A stretch of 64,000 nucleotides of DNA from Candidatus Omnitrophota bacterium (GTDB lineage: Bacteria > Omnitrophota > Omnitrophia > Omnitrophales > Aquincolibacteriaceae), in NCBI GenBank assembly GCA_903856085.1, contig CAIOAT010000050.1, positions 422 to 64,421 on the forward strand. The letters run 5' to 3'. The stretch's first letter is position 1. The number at the start of each line of letters is the position of its first letter. Of the stretch, positions 50,301-58,065 are shown one piece after another. A program made the position numbers and the translations under genes. The notes below the pieces were generated by a model. The model did not search any database. It worked only from the letters and a program-made list of their open reading frames with translations, and was not told the origin of the DNA.

Positions 50301-50610
50301 ACGCATTCTCGCGAATAAGATCTCGAACGATCATCGTGCGTGTCAGGCTGGAGGCCACGGGGATATCGTTCACTTGAAAAATATCACCTGCAAGCCGGGA
50401 AAGCGTCGTGACACGTTTGTGGAAAAATCCCTTGAGACCCCGCTGGATCAAAAGCGAAACCACGCGTTCGGTGTGTTCGGCGGAGGGAACCACGAAGAAA
50501 AGATCAGCAGCAAGCGGATCGGCTGCCTTTGAAAGTGCGTCCCCAAAAGAATCGAGGAGCTCTTGCGTCTTCCCGCAACCCGCCGGGCCTACGAGAAGTA
50601 TCTTGGACAT
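47344..50610 (-). CDS. addB: AddB-type helicase-like Fe-S PD-(D/E)XK nuclease
   Basis: Walker A GPAGCGKT at the N-terminus. The C-terminal nuclease core is RVDRID...VIDYKRS, with a Cys cluster C...CESFCPYDTVC as in the AddB 4Fe-4S domain. Confidence 0.7.
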   Translation of the reverse strand: MSKILLVGPAGCGKTQELLDSFGDALSKAADPLAADLFFVVPSAEHTERVVSLLIQRGLKGFFHKRVTTLSRLAGDIFQVNDIPVASSLTRTMIVRDLIRENAWDYFSEVSEQPGFLGLMAQFISELKESCVPPEIFRERMNALKGFEPAYGVKYEALADFYEQYEAQLETRRLRDGQDALRIFRERKTKTEPLTARFKAIWIDGFFDFSNLQLEYLRELSAITENITITLTQEDPNQDREDAFEAVSRTQQDLEKIGFKVQTMKPQSYRTEKKALLFLQKNIFTQKYSSPVPEPGQEIVMLDAIGTEGEIELIARQIHKLYATGDYRYSDFAVLFRQIRHYAPVIASVFSRYGIPAEIHERDRLKFSSWIAATVSLLSIFRNAWQREDVFAFLKSGYTRRFGKDNSTSQSKGPEVDWNSLGNLQTEKNRCQGKAKDDEWLVEFERRSFLEGVAGTRDAWLLAWKRGEPEGLSVFNQRKEETLQALMELEDRFRTAKTAEEHIRIFKRAVYDTFGILEVSDCYTSFTRRDAACVKRFEALLDEIQSYFMKAKVSEISFESFSDHFLGLVELDVYSLHERDKNRVQVYDVSLARQKEYKVVFVAGLLEKVFPMQVREDPLLSDWERKLMNGGMKHPLAECLPRQNIERFFFYLAITRAKERLFLSYPHLDFEGKESLPSFYLEEVKDLFENKVPVIRQDLSRPFPAASEAITRRELEASVVGALRNTRGREVDVREALEQLSGDPQSRDRLLSALKPVEAKILDERILKGGYFEIPETSPTRLETYAKCPFRYFADKVLKLKDEGGDIRAMQKGSILHHVLQQYFDPKKKKNPEEALEAFIGREMEEGLRQHPMIWTEPYEEALDRRELFEMLLNFINYETERLRSSPFKPCRVEYSFGDFGENDRPALEIDDEGKGGKIKLRGRVDRIDTDAGKKFAVVIDYKRSAKFKAANLALGTALQLPLYLLAVQKQLGFMPLGAEIYSIRDPKRSGFYCEGIAQLFEKEFSSRSQLPDEVFQKVLARSLVFVRKFVKEIEESKVPVRPRDCESFCPYDTVCRIEKWKLPIILEEILEDDKKAGLIEEEVKIKK

Positions 50611-50699
50611 ATCCTAGCCTAATTTTCTTCTAACCGACGGTTGCCAGGACTCGCCCCATTAACCTTTGAATTATTCAACGGAGAATTGGACATGAGCGT

Positions 50700-51101
50700 T
50701 TAGGCTTCGAAGACCGCGCAGCTATCCTGATTCTCCCAAAGCGTGACCTTGGAGACCGGAAGTTTCATGGCGCGCGCCTGACGAAAGATCCACCGGGCGA
50801 GCATCTCCGCGGTCGGATTCTCTCCCACGAGCACCACGGGCTCTCCGGCTTTCTTGAGGAGTTTTGCGAGCGGGTCTTTGCTCCAAAGGATCATCTTGTG
50901 ATCCAGATTCCGGTCGATCCATTCTCCGATCGTCCGTTTGATGTCAAAAAAATCTACGACCATCCCCTTGGCATTGAGTTTCGCACTCGCCATCTCGATC
51001 TCCACGCGCGCGCTGTGGCCGTGAAGATGCGAGCACTTGTCATGACCGCCCAAAAGCCGGTGTCCGTAATTAAAGTGGATCATTTTCGCGACTTTAAACA
51101 T
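50700..51101 (-). CDS. queD: 6-carboxy-5,6,7,8-tetrahydropterin synthase (PTPS family)
   Basis: The zinc-site motifs CSHLHGHS and FNYGHRL. Confidence 0.75.
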   Translation of the reverse strand: MFKVAKMIHFNYGHRLLGGHDKCSHLHGHSARVEIEMASAKLNAKGMVVDFFDIKRTIGEWIDRNLDHKMILWSKDPLAKLLKKAGEPVVLVGENPTAEMLARWIFRQARAMKLPVSKVTLWENQDSCAVFEA

Positions 51102-51276
51102 AGCTTGATTCCCCCGAAAGCGGTTGCTGAAATGATGACGCGAGGCATTATGGCCGATTTTCTCTGACAAGTAAACCCCCTCAGGACGGACCGAGGTTCC
51201 CGGTTGTAAAGAAAAGGGATGCGGTTATAATGACTCGCGTCTTTGAACACATTCACAGCTTAAAGGGAAATCGGTC

Positions 51277-52275
51277 ATGACGACCCGTCGGGAAAAACTG
51301 CGCCAACGATTCATTGCATTCCGATTGAAATTTGCGGGACACATGCAAAAAATCCGTCCCCGTGTCGCGTTCAAGATCCTCGCCGGCATCGTGATCCTCT
51401 TCCCCTGGCTGGTCAGCTCTCTCATCGTGAGTTTCTTCAAGGTCGCCCACTGGCGCAAGATCGCGACGTGTCAAGCCTTCCTCAAACGTCATGCACTGGC
51501 CTTCGACGGCATCGATCCGAAAACTCTAACCGTAGAGTCCATTTCAGGAGGCGTCAGCAATTCCAATCAGATTTGGCGCTGTCGCAAAACCACGGGAGAA
51601 GAGGTCCTCTATTTCGTAAAGATCTTCCTCGATGCCGGCAGTTTCTGGGCCAAGCATCTCAGCTTTGTCAGCCCCTTCCCTTCCATTTACGGCGGAAAAA
51701 CCCATGAGCGATTCACGGTCGATATGATCAGCCGAGTCCAGCTCGACAAGATCGGCGTCCCAGTCCCGCGACTCATTGCCTATGACGCAGTCGAAAAGGT
51801 CATGGTCACCGAGCACATCGAAGGAGAAACTGTCGATTCCATCCTGGAGCGGATCGGCGAACGCCAAGCGCTGGGTCCCGGAGATGAAGCCGTGATCCGG
51901 CAATCCGCGATCGGCCTGGCCAGGATCCACCGGGCGGGTTTTTCACTGATCGATACCCAGCCCGTCAATTGCATTTGGGTGCCCGTGGAGCAGAAAGTCT
52001 ATTTCACGGACCTGGAGTTCTGCGGCAGGCAGGATAAACGAGTGTGGGACATCGGATTTTTTCTGTGTTTCATAGCGATACGGCTTTCCGGCGCGGTCCG
52101 GCAGGAGGTACGCAATATTTTTCTGGAAAGCTACCAAAAAGAACGCCAGGTCGATCTCGCCCAGGTCACTGAGACCGGTCTCCAACTTCAAGAATATATG
52201 CCCGTCTTTCAAGCCGTCTTGGATATCCGCCGCTTCACCCCCGAAGAACTCTTCGAAGGTCTTATCTCCACCTAG
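51277..52275 (+). CDS. Lipopolysaccharide/Kdo kinase family protein (InaA/KdkA-like)
   Basis: Catalytic loop HRAGFSLIDTQPVN (H..G....D....N) and an N-terminal TM helix. Confidence 0.6.
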   Translation: MTTRREKLRQRFIAFRLKFAGHMQKIRPRVAFKILAGIVILFPWLVSSLIVSFFKVAHWRKIATCQAFLKRHALAFDGIDPKTLTVESISGGVSNSNQIWRCRKTTGEEVLYFVKIFLDAGSFWAKHLSFVSPFPSIYGGKTHERFTVDMISRVQLDKIGVPVPRLIAYDAVEKVMVTEHIEGETVDSILERIGERQALGPGDEAVIRQSAIGLARIHRAGFSLIDTQPVNCIWVPVEQKVYFTDLEFCGRQDKRVWDIGFFLCFIAIRLSGAVRQEVRNIFLESYQKERQVDLAQVTETGLQLQEYMPVFQAVLDIRRFTPEELFEGLIST

Positions 52276-52309
52276 GACCATGAACCCATAAACCAAAACG
52301 AGAACAGTA

Positions 52310-52762
52310 CTAGAACTCCGCTCCAAGCCAGTTCACCCACTGCCGTTTCTTAGGAAACGCAAGCGCGAATCCCGTGAATGAAACAATCGCAAACGGGATA
52401 AAATCGTAAGCCCGTCTGCCGAAGAAGATGAGGATCAATCCCAAGAGAAGCGACAGTTGAGCCCCTGCATTCATCAAAACCGTTCTCCCAAGAAGCTTTT
52501 GCGGCGGGCGCTCTGTATCAGGAAATGAGTCGAGCATTCGGTGGCTTAACTGCCCCACGGCGAAAATCCCAAGAACCGAAATGGCCAATGCTCCATACTT
52601 AACAAATGGATAGATTTGAGCATTCAACATCGGGGCACCCGTCCTCCCCGTTCGGATCAAATAATACCCCATTCCCCCGTACACCACGACCAAAGTCGCC
52701 ATCGAGATCGTCATCTTCTGCGCTTGAAAGTAAAGCTTCTTCGCCATTTCTATCCGGTCCAT
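52310..52762 (-). CDS. Hypothetical four-TM membrane protein
   Basis: Hydrophobic helices with no recognisable motif. Confidence 0.4.
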   Translation of the reverse strand: MDRIEMAKKLYFQAQKMTISMATLVVVYGGMGYYLIRTGRTGAPMLNAQIYPFVKYGALAISVLGIFAVGQLSHRMLDSFPDTERPPQKLLGRTVLMNAGAQLSLLLGLILIFFGRRAYDFIPFAIVSFTGFALAFPKKRQWVNWLGAEF

Positions 52763-52786
52763 AACATTTCTCCTTTGTTTCGGGAA

Positions 52787-53947
52787 CTAGTCTTCGCTCT
52801 GCAAAGGCCTTTCGAGAGCCACGTTTTCGAGAAGGCTACCATAGTGAAAGACGGCACACAGACCGCTTCCCGAAGCTTCACAGGACCGGAACTCCTTTTC
52901 GAAGATCTCCGGTGAATGCACCAGCTTGTAGGCGCCGACGGCGAAATACAACCGTTTGAGATCCGATACTTTGGTCTTGGCAACCCCGATCCACCGTTCA
53001 TATTCCTTGGGATCCGCCGAATAATTCATGACCGTCACGAAATCCACAAGACCTTTGTTAAGCCAGGAAGGCCAATCCTGGAACGCCTCCTGAAGCGCCC
53101 GATCGTAGGACATGCACCCGGTCGCGGAGACCCGGATCTTGGAACGGACGGAGCGGGCACTTTGAATGAGAAGCTTTAAGAGTTCCGTCACCTGGGCGCG
53201 TTTCCAGTCACTCCAGGCTCGACTCCCTTCTCGGACTTTCTTAAGACCGGTCGATTTTTTAAACCGATCTATGTTGGCAGGTGTATAGCCGTATCGCGGA
53301 TGACTATCCGGATAACGAATATAATCAAATTGAATGCCGTCGAGTTCCGGATAGCCCCGAACGATCTCCTCCACCATCGAGACAAGTTCTTTTCGCACCC
53401 GCATGTCCCCCGGTTCGAGAAAATACTGGTTGTCGATTTTGTAGTCCGCAAGCGTCTTTTTCTCCTCAAGATTCCGCGTCAGGATATCGGGCCCGTATTT
53501 TTTAAGGATCGGAGCGGCCTCATTCGTACTGAGACTCAGCATATTGAGCCAGGCGTACACCTCGATCCCCGCGCTATGCGCCTCCTTGATCAGAAACGCG
53601 AAGGGATCTTCCTTCAACGTCTTTAAAGCAGCTTCATACGGCGCGGAGTCGCCGACCTGGGAAGAAAACCATGCCTGATTCGCACGATAGATCTGAACAA
53701 AGAGAATCTTGATCTTGGCTTGCTGCGCGAAACGGATGAGCTTCATCATGGCCTCACGGCTTGAAAGCGTCGGCGGATCCTGGATCAGGGAGACGAAAAG
53801 ACCACGAGAAGAGGTACCTCCCCCGGAAGGAATATCAAAACTTCCCCGGGAGTCACTAGACGCAGGAGGCGCCAAGTGTTCGCATCTCACGGGAGCTTGA
53901 AACATGACGAGCAGGCACAGGACAAAAACTAAGATTCTTTTTTTCAT
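52787..53947 (-). CDS. Glycoside-hydrolase-like GHL10 family protein (DUF187/YngK-like)
   Basis: A signal peptide and a TIM-barrel-like pattern with the segments VYAWLNM and DGIQFDYIRYP. Confidence 0.6.
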   Translation of the reverse strand: MKKRILVFVLCLLVMFQAPVRCEHLAPPASSDSRGSFDIPSGGGTSSRGLFVSLIQDPPTLSSREAMMKLIRFAQQAKIKILFVQIYRANQAWFSSQVGDSAPYEAALKTLKEDPFAFLIKEAHSAGIEVYAWLNMLSLSTNEAAPILKKYGPDILTRNLEEKKTLADYKIDNQYFLEPGDMRVRKELVSMVEEIVRGYPELDGIQFDYIRYPDSHPRYGYTPANIDRFKKSTGLKKVREGSRAWSDWKRAQVTELLKLLIQSARSVRSKIRVSATGCMSYDRALQEAFQDWPSWLNKGLVDFVTVMNYSADPKEYERWIGVAKTKVSDLKRLYFAVGAYKLVHSPEIFEKEFRSCEASGSGLCAVFHYGSLLENVALERPLQSED

Positions 53948-53965
53948 CGGAAGAAGTTCGGCCGC

Positions 53966-55366
53966 TTACGCACCGCGGCCGATCACTTTAAGGAACGCGC
54001 TCACGACATCCGGACGGAACTGAGTGCCGGTCGCACGTTTGATCTCGCTCACCGCAGCCTCCAGCGTCAACGACTTACGGTAGGGTCTGTCCGAGGTCAT
54101 GGCATCGTAGGCATCCGAAATGGAAACGATCTGGGCCGGCAGGTCGATCGCGTCTCCCGTGAGTCCGTCCGGATAACCTTTCCCGTCCACGCGTTCATGA
54201 TGCGAACGTATAACGCGAAGAAGTTCCCCGTCCAAAACCGGCTCGAGGATCTTTTCGCCGGTCACGGGATGATCCTTCAGAATATCCCATTCCGCGGGCG
54301 CCAATTTCTCTTTTTTATTCAGGATATCTTCCCGGATCACGAGCTTCCCGATATCGTGAAGCTCTGCGACGCACCCGATAAGTTCCGCTTTTTCAGGGCT
54401 CATGTTCATCTCCAACGCAAGCTTACGTGCCAGATTCGCCACACGCTCGGAATGACCCTGCGTGTAGGGATCCTTAGCCTCGAGAGCCCGCACAAGCGAC
54501 TGCGTGACCTTGAAAAAATAATTTTCCAATCGCTTCCGAGACTCGGAAAGGCTCTCGGCCATCTTGTTAAATGAATCTGCGAGTTCTCCTATCTCATCGC
54601 GCGACCGCACCTTGACCCGATAATCAAAATTATCCCCGGCCAACTGCCGCGTACCCTCGGCAAGTTTCCGTATCGGATCCGAGACGCTCCCGGAGATCAA
54701 TATCCCAAGCACGCAGCAGACTAGAACCCCCAAAAGAAGCGATACCACCATACGTGTTTTAATCTCCTGCTGCATCTTCGCAATATCATCCGCCAGAATA
54801 TCCACACCCAGGATCGCTACCGTCTTCCCATCCACATCCACGATCGGAGCATAACCTGAAAGAGTCACCCCCCACGGATCCATCTGGAGCTTATGATCCG
54901 CGGAAGGAGCTTTGAAGCCCGCCAGCATCTCCGGAAACCGTCTCGCGTCATAGAGATCCCCCGGTCGGGCAGTGCTTAGCTTGGGGGTTTCCACACCCAT
55001 CGGATCGGTGTCGACGATAAATTGCAAAATCCCCCGGCTCTTGGTCTGCGCAAGGATATAGATATATTGGACCGGCGCGTTCAGATCGCGGGCTTTCCGG
55101 AGCCTTTCGCTCACATCACGGTAAGCGGAACTGTAGACCCCCTCTCTTGTTAAGGGGATCTTTTGAAGTGTGTCCGCATCCACGGCCAAAGCGGCTGTCC
55201 GGGCGATCATTTTCAATGAATTACGGAGTTGTTCGAAATGAGAATTAAGATTATAGCGGAGAACCAAGAAGTTATTCAGCCCCACCACAAAGACCATGGC
55301 AAGGATCAGGACGAGCGTCACTTTGGTTTTAAAACTGTAGAAAAAAGAACGTCCTTTCATCAACAC
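53966..55366 (-). CDS. HD-GYP phosphodiesterase with a periplasmic sensor and HAMP domain
   Basis: An N-terminal TM, a periplasmic domain, a second TM, a HAMP domain, then the HD motif ELHDIGK and the GYP motif DGKGYPDGL. Confidence 0.85.
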   Translation of the reverse strand: MLMKGRSFFYSFKTKVTLVLILAMVFVVGLNNFLVLRYNLNSHFEQLRNSLKMIARTAALAVDADTLQKIPLTREGVYSSAYRDVSERLRKARDLNAPVQYIYILAQTKSRGILQFIVDTDPMGVETPKLSTARPGDLYDARRFPEMLAGFKAPSADHKLQMDPWGVTLSGYAPIVDVDGKTVAILGVDILADDIAKMQQEIKTRMVVSLLLGVLVCCVLGILISGSVSDPIRKLAEGTRQLAGDNFDYRVKVRSRDEIGELADSFNKMAESLSESRKRLENYFFKVTQSLVRALEAKDPYTQGHSERVANLARKLALEMNMSPEKAELIGCVAELHDIGKLVIREDILNKKEKLAPAEWDILKDHPVTGEKILEPVLDGELLRVIRSHHERVDGKGYPDGLTGDAIDLPAQIVSISDAYDAMTSDRPYRKSLTLEAAVSEIKRATGTQFRPDVVSAFLKVIGRGA

Positions 55367-55429
55367 CTCTCTTTGTAAAACCCAGACCTTTTAAAAAAAT
55401 TTTCCAGGACAACCGGAAGCGTTCAAAGA

Positions 55430-56833
55430 TCAGACTTTTTCGGTCTCCTGCTGCCAACCGCCCCCGAGCGCGCGATAAAGCTGAACATAGGCAATCAGCT
55501 GGGACCCGAGCGTACGCGCAAGACTGTTTTGGGCGCTATAATATTGCTGGTCCGCATCCAGGACTTCAATGTAGCTGGAAAGCCCTCCATCATAGCGAGC
55601 GATGGAGAGCCTCACCGCCTCAGCCAGAGCAGCAACCTGCTTTTCCTGTTCGACCCGTACCGCCTTAAATTTTTCGATATCCGCCAAAGCGTCAGCCACT
55701 TCACGAAATGCGCCGACCACCGTCTGCTTGTAAGAGGCAACCGACTGCTGCCATTTCGCCTGAGCGGCCTTGTAGTTATAAACATTCTTGCCACCCTTAA
55801 AAAGGGGCATATCCACATTCCCACCGATTGACCACGTATAGCCCTTTCCGTTAAAGATCTGGGAAGGCCTCTCACCGCCGCCACCTACAAAATTGGTCAG
55901 GTTCACCTGCGGCATAAATTCCCCGACCTTAACTCCCACGGACGCGTTCGCAGCCCTTAAAAGCTGCTCTGCTTCCATGATATCGGGACGATGCTTTAAT
56001 ATTTCAGAAGGAAGGCCTGTGCCGGGAAGGTTCGGAGTAAATCCTTCCTTGGAAATGGACTCCGTCCTTGAGATCGATCCGGGATTCCTGCCAAGCAATG
56101 CCGAAAGCTTATTCTCCTGGATCTCGATCTGGCGTTCGAGATCGGGAATGTTGGCCGCCGTTTGTTCATAATCGGCCTTGGCCCGCGCAACTTCAAGCCC
56201 GGAAGCCGTACCGCCGCGCTGACGCTTCTCAAAAAGATCGAGGTTGTCACTGCGGGTCTTAAGAGTTTTCTTGGCGATATCAAGTTCCAGGTCCAGTTCC
56301 AGGATGGTAAAATAAGTTTGGGCGGCATCCGACACGAGCGTCACCATCACACCGCGACGCGCGTCTTCCGTCGCCAAATATTCTGTCTGGGAGGCACGAA
56401 TCGCCTGGCGGATCTTTCCCCAAACGTCCAATTCCCACGCCGTGCTGAAACCTCCGGTCATCGTGGAGGTCAGACGGTCAAGACCCGGATAGAGCGCCTC
56501 CGAATTCCGGTCCCGTGAGATACCGCTCGTCAGATCCGTTTGAGGAAGGATCTGAGAACGGGTCACGCCCACCATGGCTCGGGCTTCGTCCACGCGGGCG
56601 GCCGCGGCACGCAGATCATAGTTATTGACGAGGGTCTCGCGGATAAGTTCCTGCAACGTCTTATCGGCAAAAACCTTCCACCAAGGCAGGTTGATCATCG
56701 ACTCCCCTTGCTCCAGGGTTTTGTAACTGCGATAAGTCTGCGGCAATTCCATGATAGGTTCACGATACCGGGGGCCAATCGCGCAACCGGACACTAAAAC
56801 TACAAGGGTAAGGAGAGCCGCTCTGAATTTCAT
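55430..56833 (-). CDS. NodT-family efflux outer-membrane lipoprotein
   Basis: Lipobox LVSGC|A and the OEP coiled-coil repeats. Confidence 0.8.
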   Translation of the reverse strand: MKFRAALLTLVVLVSGCAIGPRYREPIMELPQTYRSYKTLEQGESMINLPWWKVFADKTLQELIRETLVNNYDLRAAAARVDEARAMVGVTRSQILPQTDLTSGISRDRNSEALYPGLDRLTSTMTGGFSTAWELDVWGKIRQAIRASQTEYLATEDARRGVMVTLVSDAAQTYFTILELDLELDIAKKTLKTRSDNLDLFEKRQRGGTASGLEVARAKADYEQTAANIPDLERQIEIQENKLSALLGRNPGSISRTESISKEGFTPNLPGTGLPSEILKHRPDIMEAEQLLRAANASVGVKVGEFMPQVNLTNFVGGGGERPSQIFNGKGYTWSIGGNVDMPLFKGGKNVYNYKAAQAKWQQSVASYKQTVVGAFREVADALADIEKFKAVRVEQEKQVAALAEAVRLSIARYDGGLSSYIEVLDADQQYYSAQNSLARTLGSQLIAYVQLYRALGGGWQQETEKV

Positions 56834-56938
56834 TTAACATCCTCCTCTTTCATATGTCGGGAGAGAGCAAAAAGATAATTGAAAGAATTTTTAGGATTAT
56901 ACCTGTTGCATCCTGCCAAGTCGAGGTGGAACAGGAAC

Positions 56939-58063
56939 TTACTTCGTCACCGCAATCGATTTCCGGAAAAGTCCCAAACTGTAAATAAAAAATAAAAGAC
57001 CGATCCCGCTGACCATCAGGAATTGCAGCCAAACCGCGCTAAGGCCGCCACCCCGGTAAATGATCACCTGCGAAAAACTGACAAAATGCCTTGAGGGCAA
57101 AAAGAAAGTGATCCTCTGGAGCCATTCGGGCTGGCTTTCGACGGGCGTCGATCCGCCGGAGAGGAGCATCAGCACAAGAACCACCAGAATATTTAAGAGC
57201 GCGAACTGCGCCATGGACCGTGAGATCGTTCCGAGGAATATTCCAAGCGCTGTCGCAAAGAAAAGATAGAGGACAACCCCGAAGAACCATAGAAGATGCG
57301 AACCGGCGAACGGTACCTTGAGCGCCATTTCGACCACCCCAAAAAGAGAAATCGCAGTCGCAAGCAGAATCACCAGACCGTTGGCCCAGACCTTTGCCAT
57401 GGCGATTTCAAAAGCGGTCAGCGGCATCACGAGTAGATGCTCCAGTGTTCCGTGCTCCCGTTCCCTGATAACCGCAGCACCTGTCAGAACGATCGTCAAC
57501 AAAGAGATCTGATTGATAATGGCCACCACACTCAAAAACCAGGAGGCCGTCCCATTGGGATTAAAAAGCTTGCGAATGATCAGTTTGACGGGCGCGGAGT
57601 CCTGCTCATCCGTCCTCTTCAAATAATTCGAGATGCGTTTGTTGATGATGCTTTTGATATAAGTCGTGCCAACGCCGGCCTGCTGCATGGCCGTTGCGTC
57701 GATATTGATCTGGATTTCCGGATTCCGCCCAGCCCGAAGATCGTCCTCGAACCTCGGGGGAACCGCGACAACGAACATGAACAAGCCTTTATCCATGGAG
57801 TCTTCCACTTCGCTTGCATTAATCTTTTTAGGCACCTGGAAACGCGGCGGATAAAAGGCATTGATGAGTTCCTTTGACAAAGTGGAGTTATTCTCATCCA
57901 CAAAGGCGATCGATGCGTTATTCACTTCATTCGACGTGCCTGTCGCCTGAACATAGATCGCGAACGTGAACGCGTAAATCACGAACGCGAGCATCACCTT
58001 ATCACTGATCAGACTGCGGATTTCCTTCAGACCAAGCCAAAAAATATTCAAAAGTGACGTCAC
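56939..58063 (-). CDS. ABC-2 type transporter permease (YhhJ-like)
   Basis: 374 aa with six TM helices of ABC2_membrane_3 type. Confidence 0.75.
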   Translation of the reverse strand: MTSLLNIFWLGLKEIRSLISDKVMLAFVIYAFTFAIYVQATGTSNEVNNASIAFVDENNSTLSKELINAFYPPRFQVPKKINASEVEDSMDKGLFMFVVAVPPRFEDDLRAGRNPEIQINIDATAMQQAGVGTTYIKSIINKRISNYLKRTDEQDSAPVKLIIRKLFNPNGTASWFLSVVAIINQISLLTIVLTGAAVIREREHGTLEHLLVMPLTAFEIAMAKVWANGLVILLATAISLFGVVEMALKVPFAGSHLLWFFGVVLYLFFATALGIFLGTISRSMAQFALLNILVVLVLMLLSGGSTPVESQPEWLQRITFFLPSRHFVSFSQVIIYRGGGLSAVWLQFLMVSGIGLLFFIYSLGLFRKSIAVTK

Positions 58064-58065
58064 GG

